A stretch of 64,000 nucleotides of DNA from Ostreococcus lucimarinus (lineage: Eukaryota). Under the pieces are notes generated by a model. That model worked only from the letters and a program-made list of their open reading frames with translations, had not been told where the DNA came from and did not search any database. Location: the NCBI GenBank assembly GCA_000092065.1, contig CP000592.1; one strand, written 5' to 3'. Positions within the stretch are counted from its first letter, which is position 1, and each line of letters begins with the position of its first letter. Made by a program: the position numbers and the translations under genes. This document shows positions 23,016-31,345 of the stretch, piece by piece.

Positions 23016-23405
23016 TCACTTCGACGCTTCCTCCGGCGTCAGCGTCACCATTTCGTTCACCGCGTGCACTTGGTCTTGCAGTTCCATCCAAATGCACTTG
23101 TACACCATGCGTTGTCTATTCACCGAACTCTTCCCCTCGAACGCCTTGGACACGACTTTGATCGACACGTGTCGCGCGTTCCCGCTCTCGTCTCGCACGT
23201 CCACCGCGTCAGCCTCTAAGCCTTCCGCGATTTTCCCTCGCATCTGTTCCACGAGCGCGCTCGTGATGTTATTGCCCTCCCCCCCGCTCGCGAACGTTCG
23301 CGTCGCGCGCGCGGTCGCTCGCGCGGTCCGCGCGCACGCACCGCGCGCGCGCGCCGCGTGATTCACCCCCGCCGTCACCGCCGGTCGCACCAGCGCTCGC
23401 CACAT
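23016..23405 (-). CDS. BolA-like protein with presequence
   Basis: The C-terminal BolA fold signature is VDVRDESGNARHVSIKVVSKAFEGKSSVNRQRMVYK...VHAVNEMVTLTPEE. ATG 23405 (MWRALVRP) is used. The track ORF is over-extended through the 8-bp repeat to 24041. Confidence 0.8.
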   Translation of the reverse strand: MWRALVRPAVTAGVNHAARARGACARTARATARATRTFASGGEGNNITSALVEQMRGKIAEGLEADAVDVRDESGNARHVSIKVVSKAFEGKSSVNRQRMVYKCIWMELQDQVHAVNEMVTLTPEEASK

Positions 23406-23507
23406 CGTCGTCGTCGTCGTCGTCGCGGGTGTGACGTCGAAGTTCGTAAACCCCCGTCCGGGCGCCCCGAATCGAACGTCCCGGCGCGATTGCCGAAATC
23501 GGGAAAA

Positions 23508-23651
23508 ATCGAACAATCGAACAGTCGAAAAGTCGAACAATCGAACAGTCGAAACATCGAAAAGTCGAACAATCGAAAAGTCGAAACATCGAACAGTCGA
23601 AAAGTCGAACAATCGAAAAGTCGAAACATCGAACAGTCGAAAAGTCGAACC
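23508..23651. repeat. Tandem array of 18 copies of an 8-bp unit RTCGAAMM, with a 40-bp higher-order repeat
   Basis: The unit phase was verified copy by copy (ATCGAACA, GTCGAAAA, GTCGAAAC and similar). Segments 23572-23611 and 23612-23651 are identical except for the last base. The array lies between the divergent BolA-like (ATG 23405) and hydrolase (ATG 23757) genes. Confidence 0.97.
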
Positions 23652-23756
23652 GGCGTGCCCGGGCCCGGGTGCGGGTGCGGCCGTCGCGGACGACGACGAC
23701 CCACTTTGCGACGACGGTCGCGGTGCAGACGGCGTCGCGGCGTCGGGAACCCGACG

Positions 23757-24803
23757 ATGATGCTTCGTCGCGCGGCGACGACGTCGCGCGGCGCGGCGCG
23801 GCGCGAGCGCGCGTCCGCGGGACGACGACGTCGCGCGCGCGCGATGCCGACGCGGAGGCGAACGCGCGCGACCGCGGAGGCGTCGACGAGCGATGAGGAG
23901 GTGAAATATCACACGTGGCGAGGCCATCGCGTGGGGTATCGCGCGAGCGGCGATGAAGGGCGGGCGATCGTCCTCATTCACGGGTTCGGGGTGTCGAGCT
24001 TTCAGTTTAGAGATAACGTGCGCGCGCTCGGCGAACGCCATCGAGTGTACGCGTTGGATTTAGTGGGATTCGGAACGAGTGATCAACCAGACGTACCGTA
24101 CGCGATGGAATTTTGGAGAGATCAAGTGATCGACTTCGTGGAAAACGTCGTGGGCGAGCCGGCGGTGCTGGTGGGGAACAGCATCGGCTCGCTCGCGGCG
24201 GTGCACGTGGCGGCCGAGTCGCCGAAGACGACGGCGGGCATCGCCCTCATCAACTGCGCGGGGGGGATGAATAACAAAGTCAAACGCTTAGATGGAGATT
24301 TTGATGGATATGGGTGGCAATACAAGGCCGTGGTACCCATTTTCAGCGTCGTGTTGGCCATCATAGACGCGGTGTTGAAGGTGGAGCCGATCGCGAAACC
24401 GCTCTTTGAAAGCGTGAGAGGCGAAGAAAATGTGCGCGGCGCGCTCGCAAATGTGTACATGAATCCCAGTCGCGTCGATGACGGGTTGGTGAACTCTATT
24501 TGCGGCGCGGCGAACAGAGAAGGCGCGTTCAAGGCGTTCGTGAACATCTTAACGGGTCCCGCCGGGCCGCGTCCCGAGGAACTCATGCCTCGCGTCGCGT
24601 GTCCGATGCTCATCTTGTGGGGAAGCAAAGACACCATCACCCCGCTCGATTTCCCGCTCGGTCAATACTTTCTCAACCTTCCGAAAACACGACAGACGTC
24701 GCGAACGGACTTCATACAGTTTGAAGGCGAAGGACACTGCGTGCAAGACGACAATCCAAAACTCGTCAACGACGCGTTGACCGATTGGGTCGCCGCGCTT
24801 TAG
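23757..24803 (+). CDS. Alpha/beta-fold hydrolase with presequence (pheophytinase/epoxide-hydrolase-like family)
   Basis: Motifs present are IVLIHGFGVSS (oxyanion region), the nucleophile elbow GNSIGS and the C-terminal catalytic His in GEGHCVQDD. ATG 23757 (MMLRRAATT) is used. Confidence 0.85.
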   Translation: MMLRRAATTSRGAARRERASAGRRRRARAMPTRRRTRATAEASTSDEEVKYHTWRGHRVGYRASGDEGRAIVLIHGFGVSSFQFRDNVRALGERHRVYALDLVGFGTSDQPDVPYAMEFWRDQVIDFVENVVGEPAVLVGNSIGSLAAVHVAAESPKTTAGIALINCAGGMNNKVKRLDGDFDGYGWQYKAVVPIFSVVLAIIDAVLKVEPIAKPLFESVRGEENVRGALANVYMNPSRVDDGLVNSICGAANREGAFKAFVNILTGPAGPRPEELMPRVACPMLILWGSKDTITPLDFPLGQYFLNLPKTRQTSRTDFIQFEGEGHCVQDDNPKLVNDALTDWVAAL

Positions 24804-24876
24804 GACGCGACACTAGACGCTGTATGTATATGATGAAGCTCGCTGTATCGTACACAATCGACTAAATTCCAAACCA

Positions 24877-24898
24877 CGCGCGCGCGCGCGCGCGCGCG
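24877..24898. repeat. (CG)11 alternating purine-pyrimidine tract
   Basis: The tract cgcgcgcgcgcgcgcgcgcgcg lies in the 100-bp tail-to-tail spacer between the hydrolase and costars genes. Confidence 0.95.
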
Positions 24899-24903
24899 GC
24901 GCC

Positions 24904-25258
24904 TCAGGTCGCGCCCGCGCTCTCGACGACGACGACGTCGACGTCGTCGTGCGCCCCCTGCAACAACAGCTCCCCCGCGAACGTCAACTTTCCTCGCTTC
25001 TTCGCCGCTCGCAGCGTCCCGTTCAGCGCCTCGAACGTGTTCGCCACCTCATCGTCGCGCACGAGCGCGCCGAACTTCACCTGCGTCGCGCGATCGCGCG
25101 ACATCGCGCCGTCAGTCGCGCGCGACGCAAAGAGTCGTTTCGCGCGCGCGCGTCGCGCCGTTCGTCGTCGCGCGCGCCTTGCACGTCCCGCCCGCGTCGA
25201 CGTCGCCGAGTCGTCGCACGGCGTCGACGAGGGCGTCGACTTCACCGTCCACGTCCAT
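24904..25258 (-). CDS. ABRACL: Costars-family (ABRACL-like) protein, two exons with an ambiguous donor
   Basis: Exon 1 (MDVDGEVDALVDAVRRLGDVDAGGTCK) and exon 2 (VKFGALVRDDEVANTFEALNGTLRAAKKRGKLTFAGELLLQGAHDDVDVVVV) together match the costars consensus. The two lie in different frames. The acceptor CAG at 25081-25083 is preceded by CTGAC. Confidence 0.78.
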
Positions 25259-25473
25259 GACGGCCGCACCGCGCGCGACGCCGTGCCGACGCGACGGCCG
25301 CGCGCGCGTCGCGCGCGTCGCATCCCGTCGCGCGCGTCGCATCCGTCGGTCCGTCGTCCGCCGTCTCGCCCGTCGGCACCGCCCCGCGAGGGACTCGCCC
25401 GAGGGTCGCGAACCGCGAAATTTTAGCCGAACGTGACGTGGCGGGCGAGGATGAAGGACGTGAATGAGAATGA

Positions 25474-27729
25474 ATGAAACGCGTGGGTCCGATGATGACG
25501 CGCGCCCGACCGACAGTCCGAGGCGCGCGCGCGGCGACGGTGCGTCGTGGGAGCGACATGACGGCGCGCGACGCCGCGCGCGACGCGGAGGCGGCGGAAT
25601 CGCGCGAAAGCGACGCGCGGGGGGGGGATTCCGAACGCCCGGGGACGCCCGGACGGGACGACGACGACGACGCGCGCGATGGGATTTGGAACACGGCTGA
25701 GTTGCATCAGAGACTGATGCACTTGAACGTACACTCGAGCACGTCGAGCACGAGCTCGAGAAAGTCGGGCGATCCGAGCGCGAGCGGAGACGGGCTGCAG
25801 ACGACGACGAGCGGGTCCGCGAGCGGCGCGGGGGCGTCGAGCGGGACGCCGACGGGGGTGCTGCCGACGAAGTTGACGTCGAAAATGACGACAAAGGAGG
25901 TGAAATTCGGTGCTCAGAGTTTTGATTCGCTGAATCAGTACATATTGATCAAGGATCTCGGACGAGGATCGCATTCAAAGGTGAAGTTGGCGATGAATCA
26001 ACAGGATAATCAGCTCTACGCGGTGAAGTGGACGGACTCTCGAGTGAACTCCTGGAAAGCCGTTCGCAAGGAGATTGCCGTGCTGAAGAAGTTGCATCAT
26101 CCAAACATTCGTACTTTACACGAGGTCATCGATGACGAGTTCAAAAAGGAACTCATCTTAGTCTTGGAGTATTGCCAAACGGGACCCATTTTCACGCGTT
26201 TCAGCACGGTGGCGGTGGACGAAAAGGTTTTACTAGGATACGCTCGCGACATCGTGCTCGGATTGGATTACTTGCATTCGCTGCACATCGCGCACATGGA
26301 TCTTAAACCAGAAAATATGCTTCTGTGCACCGATGGCGAAGTCAAGCTCGCAGACTTTGGCGTGAGTTTCATACACGACTTGGTTTCGTCCGACGGCGTT
26401 GAGAAACGACTTGTGGGTACGCCGGCGTTTTTAGCGCCCGAAGTTCTTTCGGAAGACGGTTACGACCCATTCAAGGCAGATATATGGTCCCTGGGGGTGT
26501 GTTTCTACAATATGGCTATGGGCAAACTGCCGTTCCCAGGCAAGACGGTGTACCAAATCGTCGCAAAAGCGCGCGCAAACGAATTAGTATTCGACGAAGA
26601 CGCGCCGCTCTCAGAAAATTTCAAGGATCTTTTGCGCAACATGATGTGCGTTGACCCCGCGAAACGGCTGGATATTGCTGGCGTGATGCAGCATCTTTGG
26701 ATCACGCGCGATGGGGAAGAGCCTCTCGCGCGACCTCTCACCGAGCTGCCGCACGCCATCGTGGAGCTCACCGAGGAAGAAATCGCGAGCGCCATCAGAA
26801 CCGATCCGCTTGCCGCTTTATTGCAGCCTTCCTTCAACTTGGTGGAGTTCAACGATGGCGATATTCTTATGCACAAAGGTGCTATCGGTGAAGTGATGTA
26901 TTTCATCAACAAAGGTCACTGTGAGGTGTTGATGGACGCGATCGGAGTTGATTTAGACACCATCGATCGAGAACGCGAGACGGACGTTTTGGTCGTGCGA
27001 GAGGCTGGAGAGATTGTGGGGGAAATTGCGTTCCTTAAAGCGATGCAAGGGATCCGAGAGAAGTCGCACGTGCACGGCTATCGCACAGCGACAGTCAGGG
27101 CGAAGGGGCCGGTTGAGTGCCTCGCTGTAACCGTCCAAGACATGTTGACGGCGCTCGGTAAGGACGAACTTTCTCGAGTACGCCTCGTGCGCAGTGCGAG
27201 TTTCAAACTCGACCAAAACGAGGAGGTTCGCCTGCAGCTCAACATGAGAACCTCTAGAACGAGCAATGACTCGGACAGGAGCGAAGAAGCGCATCCTTTT
27301 AATCCGACTCGGAGGATCAGTGTGCTGTACGCCGAGGATAGCATGCCGACGCAGATGATTGTCAAAGCCTTTTTGAGGAAACTTGGCGACGTCGACGTAA
27401 CGATCGCCGCCGACGGGAAAAAGGCATTGGATGCGCATAAATCTATGAACTCTAACTTTGACTTGATTCTCATGGATTGTCAAATGCCTGTGATGGATGG
27501 TTTGGAAGCGACGACGCGCATTCGCGAACTCGACTCCGCCAAATCTGTGGTACCCATCGTGGGCGTGTCTTCTGGTGTTGAAGGAATGAGTGAAAAAGAG
27601 TGCCGCGACGTCGGGATGAATGACTTCGTCCTCAAACCACTGAACGTGCGGAAGTTGACAGATGTCATTCGCAAGACGCTACCTGAGCTCTTCGTCGAAG
27701 ATCCAGTTTCAAAAGACGAGAGAATCTGA
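25474..27729 (+). CDS. Ser/Thr protein kinase fused to a cyclic-nucleotide-binding domain and a response-regulator receiver domain
   Basis: Kinase motifs are GRGSHSKVKLA, AVK, HMDLKPEN, DFG and GTPAFLAPE. The CNB motif is GEIVGEIAFL....RTATVRA. The REC domain reads VLYAEDS......LILMDCQMPVMDG....KP. The start codon is uncertain within the GC-rich first ~250 nt. Confidence 0.85.
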   Translation: MKRVGPMMTRARPTVRGARAATVRRGSDMTARDAARDAEAAESRESDARGGDSERPGTPGRDDDDDARDGIWNTAELHQRLMHLNVHSSTSSTSSRKSGDPSASGDGLQTTTSGSASGAGASSGTPTGVLPTKLTSKMTTKEVKFGAQSFDSLNQYILIKDLGRGSHSKVKLAMNQQDNQLYAVKWTDSRVNSWKAVRKEIAVLKKLHHPNIRTLHEVIDDEFKKELILVLEYCQTGPIFTRFSTVAVDEKVLLGYARDIVLGLDYLHSLHIAHMDLKPENMLLCTDGEVKLADFGVSFIHDLVSSDGVEKRLVGTPAFLAPEVLSEDGYDPFKADIWSLGVCFYNMAMGKLPFPGKTVYQIVAKARANELVFDEDAPLSENFKDLLRNMMCVDPAKRLDIAGVMQHLWITRDGEEPLARPLTELPHAIVELTEEEIASAIRTDPLAALLQPSFNLVEFNDGDILMHKGAIGEVMYFINKGHCEVLMDAIGVDLDTIDRERETDVLVVREAGEIVGEIAFLKAMQGIREKSHVHGYRTATVRAKGPVECLAVTVQDMLTALGKDELSRVRLVRSASFKLDQNEEVRLQLNMRTSRTSNDSDRSEEAHPFNPTRRISVLYAEDSMPTQMIVKAFLRKLGDVDVTIAADGKKALDAHKSMNSNFDLILMDCQMPVMDGLEATTRIRELDSAKSVVPIVGVSSGVEGMSEKECRDVGMNDFVLKPLNVRKLTDVIRKTLPELFVEDPVSKDERI

Positions 27730-27768
27730 TTTATTAAAATGTAATGTACAATGAAAGCGCGAGCATTT

Positions 27769-28527
27769 TTATTGTTTCGTTTTCGCCATCTTCTTCGGCA
27801 TCGTCAGCGCCGCGGCACTCCACAGTGCGCTCTCGAGCTTGGCTGGTGTGAGGTCATCTGCGCCGAGATCGTCGCATTTACGGTGCAGAGCTTTCATAAA
27901 CTCGTGATACCGCGCTGCGGAGTATCTATCATTTCCCCCGTTTCCGACGACGACGGCAAGCGCCTCGTCGCTAAAGAATGGAAACCGCTCGTCGCCGACC
28001 GCCATGAGAATCGACGCCGTGGCTGGTCCGCATCCTTTCAGCGCGATGAATGGTGCCATAGCATCGACGATTTTACCCTTACTATTTCTTTTGCCCCCTT
28101 CGCTCGCGTGTGCGAGTCGATACGCCTCTCGACTCGCGCTCTCCACGTCGCGTTCCGACAACGCTTGCGCGTACTTCATCAACCCAGGTCTCGTTTTCCC
28201 TCGCGCCAGCTTCCACTCCACCACGCGCACGTACTCATCCTTTTTTATGTATCCCCAATCATCGCTCGTCGCGCTCGTCGCGCGTCTTTGCGCGATGGTT
28301 TTCGGAAGTTCTTTGCGCACGAACGCATCCAACTTGGATAACCGCTCGCCTAGATTCAACGCTCGCAAGCGCTCGTCGTACGCCGCCGCGTGCGCTCGCC
28401 ACTGTTCTCGATCCCCGCCGTTCCAAAGCTTTATCGCGCCCTCGTGCGCGATCGGTGGCATCGTCGCGCGATCGGGACGACGACGCGGCGCCACACTCTG
28501 ACGCGTCGTCGTCCCGTCTCGTCCCAT
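27769..28527 (-). CDS. Conserved hypothetical protein with a helix-hairpin-helix-like LKGCGPATASILMAV motif
   Basis: A 252-aa ORF with non-repetitive sequence. An alternative start is MPPIAHEG at 28461. Confidence 0.5.
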   Translation of the reverse strand: MGRDGTTTRQSVAPRRRPDRATMPPIAHEGAIKLWNGGDREQWRAHAAAYDERLRALNLGERLSKLDAFVRKELPKTIAQRRATSATSDDWGYIKKDEYVRVVEWKLARGKTRPGLMKYAQALSERDVESASREAYRLAHASEGGKRNSKGKIVDAMAPFIALKGCGPATASILMAVGDERFPFFSDEALAVVVGNGGNDRYSAARYHEFMKALHRKCDDLGADDLTPAKLESALWSAAALTMPKKMAKTKQ

Positions 28528-29500
28528 GGGGCGCGACGCCCGAGGTCAAGCCGCGAAGACGGCGCCCGGGGAGCCGCGATCGGCGCGCGCGAGCGCGGAG
28601 AAGAAGAAGAACCCCGCGGCGAGCTTCATCGGCGGCGCGAGCGCTGGTTTAGTGTCCAGCGCGCTGTTGCAGCCGTTCGAGGTGGTGAAGACGAAGATGC
28701 AAGCCGAAAAGCTGCGAGGCGCGCGCGGGATGGTGAACGTCGCCGCGGACGTGGTCAAAACGAACGGGATGAAAGGGCTCTGGAGCGGCGTCAGCGCGTC
28801 GTGCGTGCGAACCACCGCGGGGGCTGGGTTGTACTTCTTCTTGCTCGAGCGCGTGACGAGGGAGCTCGCGGCGAGTTTTAACAAGGAGAAAGCGACGCCG
28901 TTCGAACGCTCTGCGATGACGTTCGGCGCTGGGTGCTCGGCGAGAATGGTCGCGGCGGTGCTGCTGAACCCTATAACCGTGGTGAAGACGCGGATGGAAT
29001 ACGCAGGGGCGAACGCGGGGGTGCGGCAAGGCATGGTGGCTACGTTTGCGAGCGTGGCGCGGAAAGAGGGCGCCGGGGGGTTGTTTTCGGGGCTCGGAAG
29101 CACGGTCGCTCGAGATGCGCCTTTCTCAGGGCTCAATTTGTTGCTCTTCACCCAGACTCGGCATTTGATGCACGAAGTCGCGCGCATGCAGAACCGCGAA
29201 GCCGGAGCGGCGGACACGTTCATCGCCGGCGCGCTCGCGGGGGCGGGGGCTACGTTTCTCACGCACCCTCCCGATGTCATTCGTACCCGAGTTCAGCTCG
29301 GGCGAATAATGACGCAACAAAGCGGTAGCAAAATGCCAGCCGTATCACTGGCGAAAATTCTCAGGGAAGAGGGTGTTCGCGCGCTGTGGGTCGGTTCGCT
29401 CCCTCGCGTAACGCGCAGAACGTTTCAGCAAGCCATCACGTGGAGCATGTTTGATTTCGTCTCTCGCGCTTTGGGGGGGACGGACATCTTTCAGCGTTAA
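28526..29500 (+). CDS. Mitochondrial carrier family protein, SLC25A38-like (candidate glycine carrier)
   Basis: Three carrier repeats carry the signatures PFEVVKTKMQ, PITVVKTRME and PPDVIRTRVQ. The overall length of 324 aa is typical of the family. Confidence 0.82.
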   Translation: MGRDARGQAAKTAPGEPRSARASAEKKKNPAASFIGGASAGLVSSALLQPFEVVKTKMQAEKLRGARGMVNVAADVVKTNGMKGLWSGVSASCVRTTAGAGLYFFLLERVTRELAASFNKEKATPFERSAMTFGAGCSARMVAAVLLNPITVVKTRMEYAGANAGVRQGMVATFASVARKEGAGGLFSGLGSTVARDAPFSGLNLLLFTQTRHLMHEVARMQNREAGAADTFIAGALAGAGATFLTHPPDVIRTRVQLGRIMTQQSGSKMPAVSLAKILREEGVRALWVGSLPRVTRRTFQQAITWSMFDFVSRALGGTDIFQR

Positions 29501-29547
29501 TTTCTAGGAAAATCGGTATTATAATGTTAGTGGTAGACGATAGATAC

Positions 29548-30341
29548 TCAAATGTCGATGAACAAATTAGCCCTGACGACGGCGTCGAGCGGCATGCGCA
29601 GACGCCACTCGCGCGATTTTTTGTTCATCCCTTGTCCTTTCTTCGCTGGACGATTCGCCGGCACATCTGCGAGCTTCCATTCGACCTCCGTGTCCGATAT
29701 ATCGGTGACTTCCATCGTCTTCGTCACGTTTGAGGTCGACTCGGGGTTCTCGATCGCTTCCTTGTACGTCACGTCCATGACGAGGTCGCGAAATCGTTCC
29801 AGTTCCCGCGGCACGCGCAAACTCCTCATCGCCCCCGGACTCGCCAACTCCACGGCGACGTCTTCCGGAAATCCACGTTCATCTAGTATCGCGTTATGCG
29901 CGCGGACGATCGTCGTCAATTCATCCAACGTCGGTGATCCGTACTTGTCGTTCAACTTGTCCACGCTCGCCAACACGCGTCGCCGCGACGCGTTCACTTT
30001 AAATGAAAAAATATCATACTCTCCCGCGAACGCATCGCTCGCCAGCGCGTCCCTGAGCGCCTCGAGCGCCATCTCTCCGTAATCCGTCCCCCCCGCATCG
30101 ATCGCTTCGCCTCCCACCTCCAATTCCTCATCCGCCGCCACCTCCTCCTCGACGTCGAAGTCTTCGTCCAGCGCCTCCTCGTCGTCCTCGTCCTCGTCCT
30201 CGTCCGCCGCCGTCCTCCCTCGATTGTTCGACTTCGCCGCGAGCGTCCGCGCGCCCCACCCTCGCCTCGCGCCCTCGATCGCGCCCTCGATCCCGATCCC
30301 GCGCCCGCGCGCGCGCGCGCGCGTCGTCGCCGGCCGCCACA

Positions 30342-30372
<31 letters not shown>

Positions 30373-30462
30373 GCGCGCGCGCGTCGCGAGCCGTCGTCGC
30401 GCGACGACGTCGCCGCATCGCGCGCGCGTCATCACCGCGCGCGCCGTCGCCATCGCTCGCAT
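29548..30462 (-). CDS. rimP: RimP-like ribosome maturation factor with organellar presequence
   Basis: The C-terminal half resembles RimP (SPTLDELTTIVRAHNAILD....VELASPGAMRSLRVPRELERFRDLVMDV). An acidic linker and an R/A/T-rich presequence precede it. ATG 30462 is used. Confidence 0.65.
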
Positions 30463-30590
30463 CGTCGCGCGTCGCGACGTCGCGTCGTCGCGATGTCGCG
30501 ACCGAACGCGCCGAACGCGCGACGACGCGACGACGCCGCCGATCGCGACATCGCGACGCCGACGACGCCGACGACCCGAGCGCGACGGCG

Positions 30591-31277
30591 ATGAGCGACG
30601 CGCCACCGACGAGCGACGCCGGTGCGGGACGCGCGCGACGCGTCGGCCTCCTCGAGGCGCTCGCGGGGACGCTCGCGCGATGCGAGGAGCGATTGAACGA
30701 GGTGAACGATAAGTACACGTTCGAGCTGTGCCCGGAGTACAGGCTGAAGATGGGAAAGACGATCGGACGAGCGACGAGGGTGGGGATGACGTACGACGCC
30801 CACGCGCGAAGGTACAGGGTGGCGGTGAAACACGCGGTGAGGGGAGGTAAAGACGAAGACGAAGACGAAGACGAGGACGAGGACGAGGCGACGGCGCGAG
30901 CGAGGCCGATGTTTTGGAAGGCGATGAAGAAGATCGTGTTCGATCCGGAGGAGAAAAGAGTGGAAGTGTTCACGCAGCGATTGTCGTGCGGGCCGCTGTC
31001 GCTTCGAGGGGTCGGAGAGTACGACGTCGAACGAAGCGAGTGGGGACTGCGGTGGCAGCTGCAGACGTTTCACAAGGAAAAGAAACGATTGCGTTCGGCG
31101 GAAGTGAAGCTCACGGAGCGCGTGCGAGGGTGCATGCGTTGGGATGTGTCGAGCGCGGCGCCGGAAGTTGAGGGAAAGGTTGGATCGGGGGAGAAGTTCA
31201 CGTTTGACGTCGACGTGGGATCGTACCACGTCAGCGTTCCGCGTTTAGAGTTGAAGATTGATCTCGACCATATGTGA
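30591..31277 (+). CDS. Hypothetical protein (228 aa)
   Basis: An ATG-to-stop ORF that is non-repetitive apart from a D/E run. No family was recognised. Confidence 0.5.
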   Translation: MSDAPPTSDAGAGRARRVGLLEALAGTLARCEERLNEVNDKYTFELCPEYRLKMGKTIGRATRVGMTYDAHARRYRVAVKHAVRGGKDEDEDEDEDEDEATARARPMFWKAMKKIVFDPEEKRVEVFTQRLSCGPLSLRGVGEYDVERSEWGLRWQLQTFHKEKKRLRSAEVKLTERVRGCMRWDVSSAAPEVEGKVGSGEKFTFDVDVGSYHVSVPRLELKIDLDHM

Positions 31278-31345
31278 TGCGTAAGCATAGGTTACAATTT
31301 TTCGCGGTTCGCGTGCGCGACTAAGGCTACGAGTTGCTTCAGAAC

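Noticed and set aside
23269-23760. ORFs translating the 8-bp repeat as FRLFDCSTFRLFD... or KVEQSNSRK... in several frames. I also considered whether the array could be a CRISPR-like locus.
   Set aside because: The periodic peptide is a direct consequence of the 8-bp (24-bp triple) repeat in every frame. There are no unique spacers between repeats and the unit is far too short for CRISPR. The genomic context is eukaryotic.
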